Positions 1 through 7,422 of a stretch of 34,061 nucleotides of DNA are shown here, piece by piece (position 1 is the first letter of the stretch; every line of letters starts with the position of its first letter). Below the pieces are notes generated by a model. The model saw only the letters and a program-made list of their open reading frames with translations. It did not search any database and was not told the DNA's origin. The stretch is taken from NCBI GenBank assembly GCA_937884235.1, contig CALGBT010000815.1, positions 1-34,061 of the forward strand. Reading direction: 5' to 3'. Made by a program: the position numbers and the translations under genes. Source of the stretch: an uncultured Pseudomonadota bacterium (GTDB lineage Bacteria; Myxococcota_A; UBA9042; CAIXZC01).

Positions 1-1
1 C

Positions 2-124
2 CGCTTCGAAGAGGCTGGCTACACGACCATCCTCAGCATCGGAGAGCTTGAAGAGAACCGCATCGGCTCCAATTGCGGGATGTACGTAAGCCGCCTGGAT
101 CAGGCAAGGGAGGCAATATGCTAG
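2..124 (+). CDS. 3' end of an upstream gene (partial, product not recognisable)
   Basis: The frame is open from the window edge (RFEEAGYTTILSIGELEENRIGSNCGMYVSRLDQAREAIC*). Third positions are G/C-rich like neighbouring genes. Its TAG (122-124) overlaps the ATG (118) of the next gene, a typical coupled junction. No start codon lies in the window. Confidence 0.35.
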   Translation, partial: RFEEAGYTTILSIGELEENRIGSNCGMYVSRLDQAREAIC

Positions 125-1098
125 TATTGGTCACCGGTGCGTCCGGCCATATCGGCTGCAACCTGATTCGAGTGCTGTTGGAGCAGGGCCACGAGGTCCG
201 GGCACTGGTTCGGTCGGATGTACGCGGCATCGAAGGACTCACGGTTGAGCAAGTCCCGGGAGACGTCCTCGACCCCGATTCGCTGGACCAGGCCTGTGCC
301 GGAGCCGAAGTCGTGTTTCATTGCGCGGCCAACATTTCAGTGGATGGATCCGTGGGAGACGACCAACTGCGGGTCAACGCCGAGGGCCCGCGCAACGTGG
401 CCGAGGCCTGCCTCAAGGCTGGAGTTCGCAAGCTCATCCATTTCAGTTCCTTGCATGCCATCTCGGAGTACCCTCGCGACCAGGCCATCACCGAAGAGAA
501 CGGTCTGGTCAAGCCTGCCGAGAACCCCCTCCCCTATAGCCGCACCAAGGCCCTGGGTGAAGAGGCTATTCAGGCGGCGGTGGCCAGAGGCCTCGACGCG
601 GTGGTCCTCAATCCGTCCGGCGTTATTGGTGGCCACGATTACAAGGTGTCGCACATGGGCGAGACGATACGGGACCTGGCCACCGGCAAGTTCCCGGCCC
701 TCATTCCCGGCGGCTATGATTTCGTCGACGTCAGGGATGTGGTCAAGGCTGCCCTCGCAGCGGTGGAGCAAGGGCGCTCCGGTGAGCGCTACCTGATCAC
801 GGGTCACTATCTATCGGTGGTGGAGCTGGCAGGGATCGTCGCTGCGGTGACTGGCAGAAAAGCCCCAGGTTGGGTCTGCCCCATGTGGCTGGCTCGGTTT
901 GCAGCCCCCTTCTCGGTGACCTGGGGACGACTGACCGGCAAGCGGGCGAAATTCACGAGTGCCTCGCTGCAGGTTCTGCGCAGCAATGGCCAGGCCGATC
1001 ACGCCAAAGCCACCGAGGAACTGGGCCATTCGCCCTACCCCGCGCAGGAATCGGTGGCAGCGGTGGTCGCATGGCAACGCGAGGCCGGCTGGTACTAG
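118..1098 (+). CDS. NAD-dependent epimerase/dehydratase family protein (extended SDR, dihydroflavonol-reductase/HpnA-like)
   Basis: ATG at 118 is preceded by GGGAGG, so I prefer it to the ORF-track start at 73. The N-terminal Rossmann motif is MLVLVTGASGHIG. The catalytic YxxxK is present as PYSRTK, and the length (~326 aa) is typical. Confidence 0.9.
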   Translation: MLVLVTGASGHIGCNLIRVLLEQGHEVRALVRSDVRGIEGLTVEQVPGDVLDPDSLDQACAGAEVVFHCAANISVDGSVGDDQLRVNAEGPRNVAEACLKAGVRKLIHFSSLHAISEYPRDQAITEENGLVKPAENPLPYSRTKALGEEAIQAAVARGLDAVVLNPSGVIGGHDYKVSHMGETIRDLATGKFPALIPGGYDFVDVRDVVKAALAAVEQGRSGERYLITGHYLSVVELAGIVAAVTGRKAPGWVCPMWLARFAAPFSVTWGRLTGKRAKFTSASLQVLRSNGQADHAKATEELGHSPYPAQESVAAVVAWQREAGWY

Positions 1099-1171
1099 GC
1101 GATTCTGCGCCTCACTTCTGCCCTACAAGAGAGCGCATCCCAACAACTGACTTGCGTGGACTCGGCGCGAA

Positions 1172-2341
1172 CTACTTTCGCGAGGCAAAGAGAAGTGCAT
1201 GCAATTGGCTGTGAAAGGCGGGGAGCCCCGGCACGGTTGGCAGCAGCCACCAACCGAGAACAATCAGTTTCGATGCAGTCGTGCGACCAACAATCTCGAC
1301 TGATGACACCGCCAGGTCGACCCCCAGGTAGCCGCTGGATAGTCGCGCCGCAAGACTTCGGGCCTCAGCAAGCATCTCCTCCGGCTTGCCGCGGCCAAGA
1401 GTTATCTGCGCCCTGCCACCGTTGATCTGCTCTTTGATTACCGGGGCCGAGACAACTTCACCGTCCACAATAATGGCCAGTTTGCGCTCCACGCTCTGGC
1501 CGCTCAGTTCGCCGAAGCGTTGGCCACCTGACGCCGTGAAATTAACGGAAACATACGCCTCGCCCCATTCGTTGGAACCGACGACGGCCTCCGCTACGTC
1601 CGTCCCCGTAAGCCACGGCTCCCCATCCAGCACGTAGAGGAGATATTCTGGGGCGGCCCCTTCGAGGCGCGTTTGAGTACCGATGGCGAATGACGGGGTC
1701 ATGGATATCCGAGGTGTAATCCAGTCGACATATGCCTCCAGAAGGTCTCGCCGCGGCGCTTTGAGGAGTTGCCCACCATACCCTTGGTTCACACCTATCT
1801 GGTTCGCTTCCTCGCCCTTCTCCTTGACGTACTCCGGCAGCCAGCTGAACACTCTCTCCGAAATCGCCCCTTCCTCTTCCACCAACTGGAATCGAAGGTC
1901 AACATCTGCCACCAGCGCCTTCTCCAGGAGCATGGAGTCCATGGACACAGATCCGGGGATCCAAATGACCAGTTCGTGGCCCCGGATCGAGATCATGGCC
2001 TCAGTGATGACAAGGTTGTCCAGGCGACGGCGGAGCACACCCTGGACGCGCCCCAATCCTGCAGCGTCCAATTCCCTGCCGGGAGCAACCGTGATGGCCC
2101 TACCCGGTTCCATTGGCAGATGGGGTAGTATCGTCGGTCGCAAGAACACATGATGAATGAAGCTGGTGACCAGGGATACTGGATGCCACGGCGAATCTGC
2201 CCCGACGCTGCTCTCGGGCGGCCATGACGGATAGCCAGGCAGCAAGCTGGACAGGGGCCCGCCGGGGGCGGCCTGAGCGGCTCCTGACAGAGTGACAACA
2301 ACGACTGCGACAATGGTCCAAATCACTGTACGTCTGCCCAT
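1172..2341 (-). CDS. SecD-like periplasmic (P1) domain protein lacking the SecD membrane bundle
   Basis: ATG with GGAGG 8 nt upstream. N-terminal signal/anchor is VAVVVVTLSGAAQA. RRRLDNLVITEAMISIRGHELVIWIPG...DLRFQLV and KLAIIVDGEVVSAPVIKEQINGGRAQITLG match conserved SecD P1 base/head motifs. The ORF ends after one short hydrophobic stretch and the next gene downstream is convergent. Confidence 0.6.
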   Translation of the reverse strand: MGRRTVIWTIVAVVVVTLSGAAQAAPGGPLSSLLPGYPSWPPESSVGADSPWHPVSLVTSFIHHVFLRPTILPHLPMEPGRAITVAPGRELDAAGLGRVQGVLRRRLDNLVITEAMISIRGHELVIWIPGSVSMDSMLLEKALVADVDLRFQLVEEEGAISERVFSWLPEYVKEKGEEANQIGVNQGYGGQLLKAPRRDLLEAYVDWITPRISMTPSFAIGTQTRLEGAAPEYLLYVLDGEPWLTGTDVAEAVVGSNEWGEAYVSVNFTASGGQRFGELSGQSVERKLAIIVDGEVVSAPVIKEQINGGRAQITLGRGKPEEMLAEARSLAARLSSGYLGVDLAVSSVEIVGRTTASKLIVLGWWLLPTVPGLPAFHSQLHALLFASRK

Positions 2342-2472
2342 GCGTCGACCTCCATGGCCTCCCAGCCTACGGTGGTCGGCAGTCTATGTAAAGAAAGTCA
2401 GAACCGGGGCGGCCCGCGAACGTAAGCGCCGTGACCCGTGGCCCCACCAAGGCCCTACTACTGGAGGAAGAA

Positions 2473-2718
2473 ATGAAAGGAACCCTGCTCCTGCTGGCTG
2501 CTGCCATCGGCCTGCTATCCGCTCCCGCCCTGGCCCAACACTCTCCGAAGGCGAAGTTCTACGAATTCCCGACCTTGACCATCGACGGCACTGTCAAGCA
2601 ACCCACCGCCCAGTACCATTCGGCTCGGGATCGGGTTCGCTTCGACCGCCTGGCGAAGCTCAAGAAGAGCATGCTGGGGGAGTTGCAGACATCTGCGGCA
2701 GATCTTTCGCTGCGCTAG
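2473..2718 (+). CDS. small secreted protein, unknown function
   Basis: An internal ATG (MKGTLLLLAAAIGLLSAPALAQ) follows GGAGGA and gives a clean Sec signal peptide with an ALA-Q cleavage site. The mature part is ~60 aa and basic at the C-terminus. I recognise no family. Confidence 0.5.
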   Translation: MKGTLLLLAAAIGLLSAPALAQHSPKAKFYEFPTLTIDGTVKQPTAQYHSARDRVRFDRLAKLKKSMLGELQTSAADLSLR

Positions 2719-2724
2719 ATTCGG

Positions 2725-3432
2725 CTAGAGGGTTCGTCGGTGGAGGTCGAGGAAGGAGTCCGGCGGACACTCTTCAGCAATGCGAGCGGCGAGGCTGTCA
2801 ACTGCCATCTTGCGGGCTTCGGGAGACTCCCGATCCACATCCCAGGGCATATCAATAACTGTCACGCCCTGCTGCCGCAGAATCGACACCATGTGGGAAA
2901 TCTCGCGGTCGAGGTCCATCAGGTAACGGAGATCGATGCCGGACTCACACCGCCGCCCTTCGCGCTGCGACATGCGCGACTCAATGCGATTGCGTGAGAT
3001 CTCCGGGGCAACCAACATCCGGACACAGACGTTGGGCAACATCACTGAGGCTGTCATGGCGTGGTAGATATCGCGATAGGTATTGAACTCCCGCTGGGTC
3101 ATTCCACCATTCTTGAGTTGCAGCCGCGCGAAGCAGGTATCACCGAAGTAACTACGGTCGAGGACGGCATGGCCCTCGCCGCTCATGGCGTGCCACTGTG
3201 CCTGAAGATGCATCCGGTAGCGGGCCTGCAGCAAATGCACTTGCATGACAAAAGCCCAGCGCGCCTGGTCACCGTAGAAATCTGCCAGATAGGGATTGGC
3301 ATCGTTGGCTTCATCCGGCTCCATCTGGATCAAGGTATCATCTCCCAGGGCCGCACCGAGTTCTCTGGTCAACGAGCTCTTGCCAGCTCCGATAATCCCT
3401 TCCACGATCACTACTTTCCTGCGTCGCATCAT
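2725..3432 (-). CDS. deoxynucleoside kinase family protein (dAK/dGK/dCK-like)
   Basis: P-loop VVIVEGIIGAGKSSL, the dNK-family motif DRSYFGD, an arginine-rich lid (RNRIESRMSQREGRR), and a length of ~235 aa. Confidence 0.88.
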   Translation of the reverse strand: MMRRRKVVIVEGIIGAGKSSLTRELGAALGDDTLIQMEPDEANDANPYLADFYGDQARWAFVMQVHLLQARYRMHLQAQWHAMSGEGHAVLDRSYFGDTCFARLQLKNGGMTQREFNTYRDIYHAMTASVMLPNVCVRMLVAPEISRNRIESRMSQREGRRCESGIDLRYLMDLDREISHMVSILRQQGVTVIDMPWDVDRESPEARKMAVDSLAARIAEECPPDSFLDLHRRTL

Positions 3433-3690
3433 GCCTTGCCCCCTCGTTGCATTCGTTCCGATTTCTTGCCAACCGCTTGCCGGTGATTGCGACAGGCTGT
3501 CCCAGATTCCGCCCCCCTGTCAAACAGTTGGCAAAACTTTTTTACGAAAACTGTTTTGGCCCGTCGTACCATTTTCGCTGCCCCCGTGTGATCATGGGGA
3601 AATGCGGCTCTTCCGGTAGCCTGAGGCACTAGCAAAACTAACGATCCGATCGGCGCTGCCAGACCCCAACTTTCACCGCAAATGATTCCG

Positions 3691-3696
3691 TATAAT
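3691..3696 (+). promoter_or_regulatory. possible -10 element (perfect TATAAT) upstream of the FKBP gene
   Basis: A perfect TATAAT sits in an otherwise GC-rich 430-bp divergent intergenic region. The -35 is poor (AACTTT at 17-nt spacing). It would give a ~165-nt leader. Confidence 0.2.
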
Positions 3697-3862
3697 GGAC
3701 GCAAGTAACCAAGAAGAAACAGAGTATTGGCTCACCGCGTTATGGAAAAACTGCGGGCAGCCATCTTGACTTTCGGCCACTTCCCTGCTTGACTGACGCC
3801 GCACAGGAGGGTCCAACCCTCGCACCAGGCGGTTTCCCCGGTGCGGCAAAGGAGGATGAAAG

Positions 3863-4288
3863 ATGGCAGTATCCAAGGGCGACACAATCAAGGTTCACTA
3901 TGAAGGCAGCCTCGATGACGGCACTCAGTTCGACAGTTCCTTCACCCGCGGCGAACCACTGGAATTCACCGTGGGCGCAGGTCAGTTGATCGCGGGATTC
4001 GACGAAGCCGTGGTGGGCATGTCAGTGGGCGAGGAGAAAACCATTCACCTGGAAGCGATTGAGGCGTACGGAGAATGGAACGCAGACGCTGTTCGCCGCT
4101 TTCCACGAAACCAGTATCCCCAGGGCCAGACACCAGTACAGGGAATGACCGTCGCCCTGGCGATGCCCAACGGCCAGCAGGTCCCGGCAATAATCTCCGA
4201 GGTCACGACAACGGAGGTCGCCATCGACCTCAATCATCCTCTGGCTGGCAAGCCTCTCAATTTCAAGATTCAGATCGTGGAGTGCTAA
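3863..4288 (+). CDS. FKBP-type peptidyl-prolyl cis-trans isomerase, SlyD/SlpA-like (with insert-in-flap domain, no His-rich tail)
   Basis: AAGGAGG RBS upstream. KVHYEGSLDDGTQFDSS...LEFTVGAGQLIAGFDEAVVGMSVGEEK is the FKBP core. An IF-like insert follows, then NHPLAGKPLNFKIQIVE is a typical SlyD-type C-terminal strand. Confidence 0.88.
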   Translation: MAVSKGDTIKVHYEGSLDDGTQFDSSFTRGEPLEFTVGAGQLIAGFDEAVVGMSVGEEKTIHLEAIEAYGEWNADAVRRFPRNQYPQGQTPVQGMTVALAMPNGQQVPAIISEVTTTEVAIDLNHPLAGKPLNFKIQIVEC

Positions 4289-4294
4289 TGCAGG

Positions 4295-4684
4295 CTAGAA
4301 GGGGAAGGGGCCCTTGAACTCACCGGGCCGAATGATCCTTCCCTGATAGCGCCTGAGCAGCCCCTTTGCCACGGCCTGCCGGATAGTCGGCACCAGCATC
4401 AGGAACCCTACCGCATCGGTAAGAAAGCCTGGAGTCAACAGAAAGAGACCTGACCCCAGCAAGACGAGACCACCCACCATCTCCGCTGCAGGCATGCGGC
4501 CTGCCTGCAACTCCCCGCGGATCCGGCGCATGGTAGCAATCCCCTGGTACTTGAGCAGGCTCCAGCCGGCGACCCCGGTGGCAACGATGAAAGCGATGGT
4601 CGGCAGAACGCCGATCCTCCCACCAACTTCAATGAGAAGCATCAACTCGACGGCCGGAACAGCGATGAACATGAGCAGCCACAT
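4295..4684 (-). CDS. fxsA: FxsA family membrane protein
   Basis: MWLLMFIAVPAVELMLLIEVGGRIG and TPGFLTDAVGFLMLVP are FxsA hallmarks. I prefer the ATG at 4684 to the TTG at 4729 used by the ORF track. Confidence 0.8.
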   Translation of the reverse strand: MWLLMFIAVPAVELMLLIEVGGRIGVLPTIAFIVATGVAGWSLLKYQGIATMRRIRGELQAGRMPAAEMVGGLVLLGSGLFLLTPGFLTDAVGFLMLVPTIRQAVAKGLLRRYQGRIIRPGEFKGPFPF

Positions 4685-4788
4685 GCCAAGAATATAGTAG
4701 CGGATATCGGCTGCGCAAGTGCGTTGCAACCCACCCTTGCCGAGTGTAGGCTTGACGGGTACCTGAATTCAGTTTTTGGAGGGCGCTC

Positions 4789-7422
4789 ATGATGACCCGC
4801 ACGTGCTTCCTGGTTATGGGCCTGTCTCTAGCCTGTTCGTCGACCAATGCCAACATTGATTCGTCTGGGGCGCCGGGCGACGACGTTGTCTTTGTGGCCG
4901 ACGCCAGGGCCCCGGAGGGGGACCAGCGGTCACCACATGGCAAGGAGACGTTCACCGACGATATCCTGGTGGAGGGTGACAGTTCCTGGTCTCCAGGCTC
5001 GCCCGACGTCTCCCCAGAGCTCACCTTCGACGTCGCCCCCGACCTGCCCCCGGTAGCAGATGCCGCGGAGGAGCCGGACCTGCCAGTGGGTGAAGACGCC
5101 GTTGAAATGAATGCAGAACCAGATGTCCCGGTCATCTCCGGAGCCATCGAGGAGCCCTTTGATGACGACTCCATGTCCGACCCTGCCGCGACCACTGCCC
5201 TGTGGGGTACCAACAGCACTTTGACCCCTGCTGCGGCTGGTTTTGGTGACGGTAGCGACGGCGAGTTCGCACCGGTCTCTGACGTCATCCTGGATACCGC
5301 CAACGGCCCCTTCCAGTACACCTCCGTTCACATTCCCGAGGACGTTACGGTCTCGGCATCTGGCATCGCCCCGCTTGAAATCCTGGTGCAGGGTGAGGTC
5401 GATATTGCAGGTCTTATCACGGTTGCCGGCGACAACGGCGATGATGCCCTCGGCATCGATGGCGGCAATTCCCCTCTGGGTGGGGCCGGCGTGGCGGGAG
5501 GCTCCAATGGCGGCAGCGGCGGCGCCGGTGGCCTGGAGGCCGGGACGGACGGTGAAGGCATGGGGCTGGGAACCGGAGGAGTGTCCACCGCCATCGTGAC
5601 CTTCGTCTCCCCCGGCGGTGGCGGCGGATTTGGTGCGTTCGGGGCCGACGGCATGGCGTTCAATGCCAACGCCGCTGGCAGCGGCGGACCCGACTACGGC
5701 ACCAGCGCTCTGGTGGACCTGGAAGGTGGCTCGGGTGGCGGTGGCGGAGGCCCCTACGACCGCACCCCAGGGGACCCCGCCGGGGGCGGTAACGGAATCG
5801 TCGACATCGATGATGCTCCTGGTGCCGGCGGCGGCGGTGGCGGCGGTGCGGTGGCGCTGCGCGCCGGCAGCTCCATTAACATCAGCGGACGGATCGATGC
5901 CGACGGTGGCGACGGCGGCATCGGTGATTTCTCTGGCGGTGGCGGTGGCGGCAGCGGCGGGGCAATCCTCCTGGAGACCGCGGCAGAGTTGACTCTCGCC
6001 CAGGGGCTGCTCTCAGCCCGCGGCGGCAGAGGCAACATTTGCACCGATTCCAATCAACTGGCGTGGTGCTATGGCGGCGACGGCGGCGGTGGCCGCATTG
6101 TGCTGCGCACTGGTATCCCCATGACCGACGGCATTGTCAAGAACCCGGTACCGGTACCAACCTGGGCGCCGACCCAGGGAGGCGTAGACGGTGGGACCGG
6201 GGTTGACGGCGCCTTTGCGCCCCTGGCGGACATCGAACTCGATACCAACGGCGGGCCGTATTTCTTCAGTAGCGTTACTATCCCGGCAGGAGTGACCGTC
6301 ACCGCGGTGGGAGACCAGCCGCTGCGTGTCTACTCCCAGGGCAACCTGGATGTGCTGGGCACCATCGATGTCAGCGGTTACCAGGCCGGCACTGCCTATT
6401 CCATGTGCTGTTCGCAACCTGGACCGCCGGAGGCAGGTGCCGGCGGTCTCCCCGGCCCCGGTGGTTACCGCGGCGGCACGGGCGGCCTAGCCGGCGACGG
6501 CGAGGGCGGTTCCGGCCCGGGGGGCGGTGCAGGTTCGCTGGGCTCCGGCTCACCTGGGGCTGGGGCTTTCGCCGGGGGCGGCGGGGGCGGCGGTTACGGC
6601 GAAATCGGCCAGGTGGGAGGCTGCCCGGAAGAGGCCGCGGGCGGCCCCGTCTATGGTGTCCATTCGCTGGAGCCGCTGGAAGGCGGTTCCGGAGGCGGAG
6701 GAGCAGGCTGGACCAATGTCGCCGGACCTAACCCCGGCTCGGGCGGAGGCGGAGGGGGCGGCGCAGTGCACCTGCAAACCGCCTCCATGCTGCTCATGCA
6801 GGGCACTATCCGCAGCAACGGCGGTACCGGCGGGGTCAACACGGGCAGCGGCACCGGCGGGTCCTTCGGAGCCGGCGGCGGAGGCGGCAGCGGCGGGGCG
6901 ATCCTGGTCAAGGCCCACTCCGTCAGAGATTATGGCATCTATGAAGCAATTGGTGGAGGGGCCGGGGATATCAAACAGGGCGGGGGATGCAGCAGCACGG
7001 TTGATGTGCCGGGCCAGGGTCGCGGTGGACATGGAGGCGAGGGCCGCATTCGCTTCGAAACTGACGTGCCAGTGGGTTTCGTCTACCCCGTTGACGGTTC
7101 GTTCCTGGTGGACGAATACTCCGCCGAGTACCAGAAGAAGGCGGTTTCACTCTTCTACGATACCGGCGTGGACTGCCCCGACTACGGAGAACCCGCACTG
7201 GTACCCGCTCCATTGGCGAACAAGGTCATCTTCAGCATCCAGGGAGCCCCGGGCAGCGGAGGAGTGCCCGACGCTGGCAACGCCACCCCCTGGACCAACA
7301 GTATTGATGCCGTCGATTGCCACCGCTTCATCCGCTTCTCGGTGGAGTTCAAGACGTGGGGCCCTGGCGACCCGCTCCCGGCTCTGGAGGGTGTCACGCT
7401 GCCCTTCACCTACTCTCCCTGA
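4789..7422 (+). CDS. glycine-rich secreted lipoprotein with two tandem ~290-aa modules (putative beta-helix, GGA[IV]-motif type)
   Basis: GGAGGG RBS. Lipobox LSLAC-SS followed by an acidic/proline linker. Module 1 (aa ~154-440) and module 2 (aa ~467-756) align motif by motif. The motifs are DGxFAPxxDxxLDTxxGP, xxVTVxAxG, LEGGSGGGG, GGGGGGGAVxLxxxS, GGGGGSGGAIL and GGxGRIxxxT. A ~120-aa non-glycine C-terminal domain follows. Confidence 0.8.
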   Translation: MMTRTCFLVMGLSLACSSTNANIDSSGAPGDDVVFVADARAPEGDQRSPHGKETFTDDILVEGDSSWSPGSPDVSPELTFDVAPDLPPVADAAEEPDLPVGEDAVEMNAEPDVPVISGAIEEPFDDDSMSDPAATTALWGTNSTLTPAAAGFGDGSDGEFAPVSDVILDTANGPFQYTSVHIPEDVTVSASGIAPLEILVQGEVDIAGLITVAGDNGDDALGIDGGNSPLGGAGVAGGSNGGSGGAGGLEAGTDGEGMGLGTGGVSTAIVTFVSPGGGGGFGAFGADGMAFNANAAGSGGPDYGTSALVDLEGGSGGGGGGPYDRTPGDPAGGGNGIVDIDDAPGAGGGGGGGAVALRAGSSINISGRIDADGGDGGIGDFSGGGGGGSGGAILLETAAELTLAQGLLSARGGRGNICTDSNQLAWCYGGDGGGGRIVLRTGIPMTDGIVKNPVPVPTWAPTQGGVDGGTGVDGAFAPLADIELDTNGGPYFFSSVTIPAGVTVTAVGDQPLRVYSQGNLDVLGTIDVSGYQAGTAYSMCCSQPGPPEAGAGGLPGPGGYRGGTGGLAGDGEGGSGPGGGAGSLGSGSPGAGAFAGGGGGGGYGEIGQVGGCPEEAAGGPVYGVHSLEPLEGGSGGGGAGWTNVAGPNPGSGGGGGGGAVHLQTASMLLMQGTIRSNGGTGGVNTGSGTGGSFGAGGGGGSGGAILVKAHSVRDYGIYEAIGGGAGDIKQGGGCSSTVDVPGQGRGGHGGEGRIRFETDVPVGFVYPVDGSFLVDEYSAEYQKKAVSLFYDTGVDCPDYGEPALVPAPLANKVIFSIQGAPGSGGVPDAGNATPWTNSIDAVDCHRFIRFSVEFKTWGPGDPLPALEGVTLPFTYSP

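Noticed and set aside
73-117. N-terminal extensions suggested by the ORF track: 73-117 for the SDR gene, 10404-10490 for Asp23, 15653-15694 for the LTD gene, 23001-23276 for the kinase, 26173-26214 for the radical SAM gene and 4685-4729 for FxsA.
   Set aside because: Internal ATGs give canonical family N-termini, sit at proper distance from GGAGG-like RBSs, or avoid long overlaps with the upstream gene.
1165-1181. Small hairpin CGCGAA-CTACT-TTCGCG between the convergent SDR and SecD-like genes as a bidirectional terminator.
   Set aside because: It has only a 6-bp stem and no flanking U-tract, and it overlaps the stop codon of the minus-strand gene. That is too weak to annotate. No convincing intrinsic terminator was seen elsewhere, since most convergent gene ends abut or overlap.
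4789-7422. RTX-type calcium-binding repeats or collagen-like triple helix in the glycine-rich proteins.
   Set aside because: There is no GGxGxDxUx nonapeptide periodicity and no sustained G-X-Y triplet pattern. Glycines occur as homopolymer runs separated by beta-strand-like segments.
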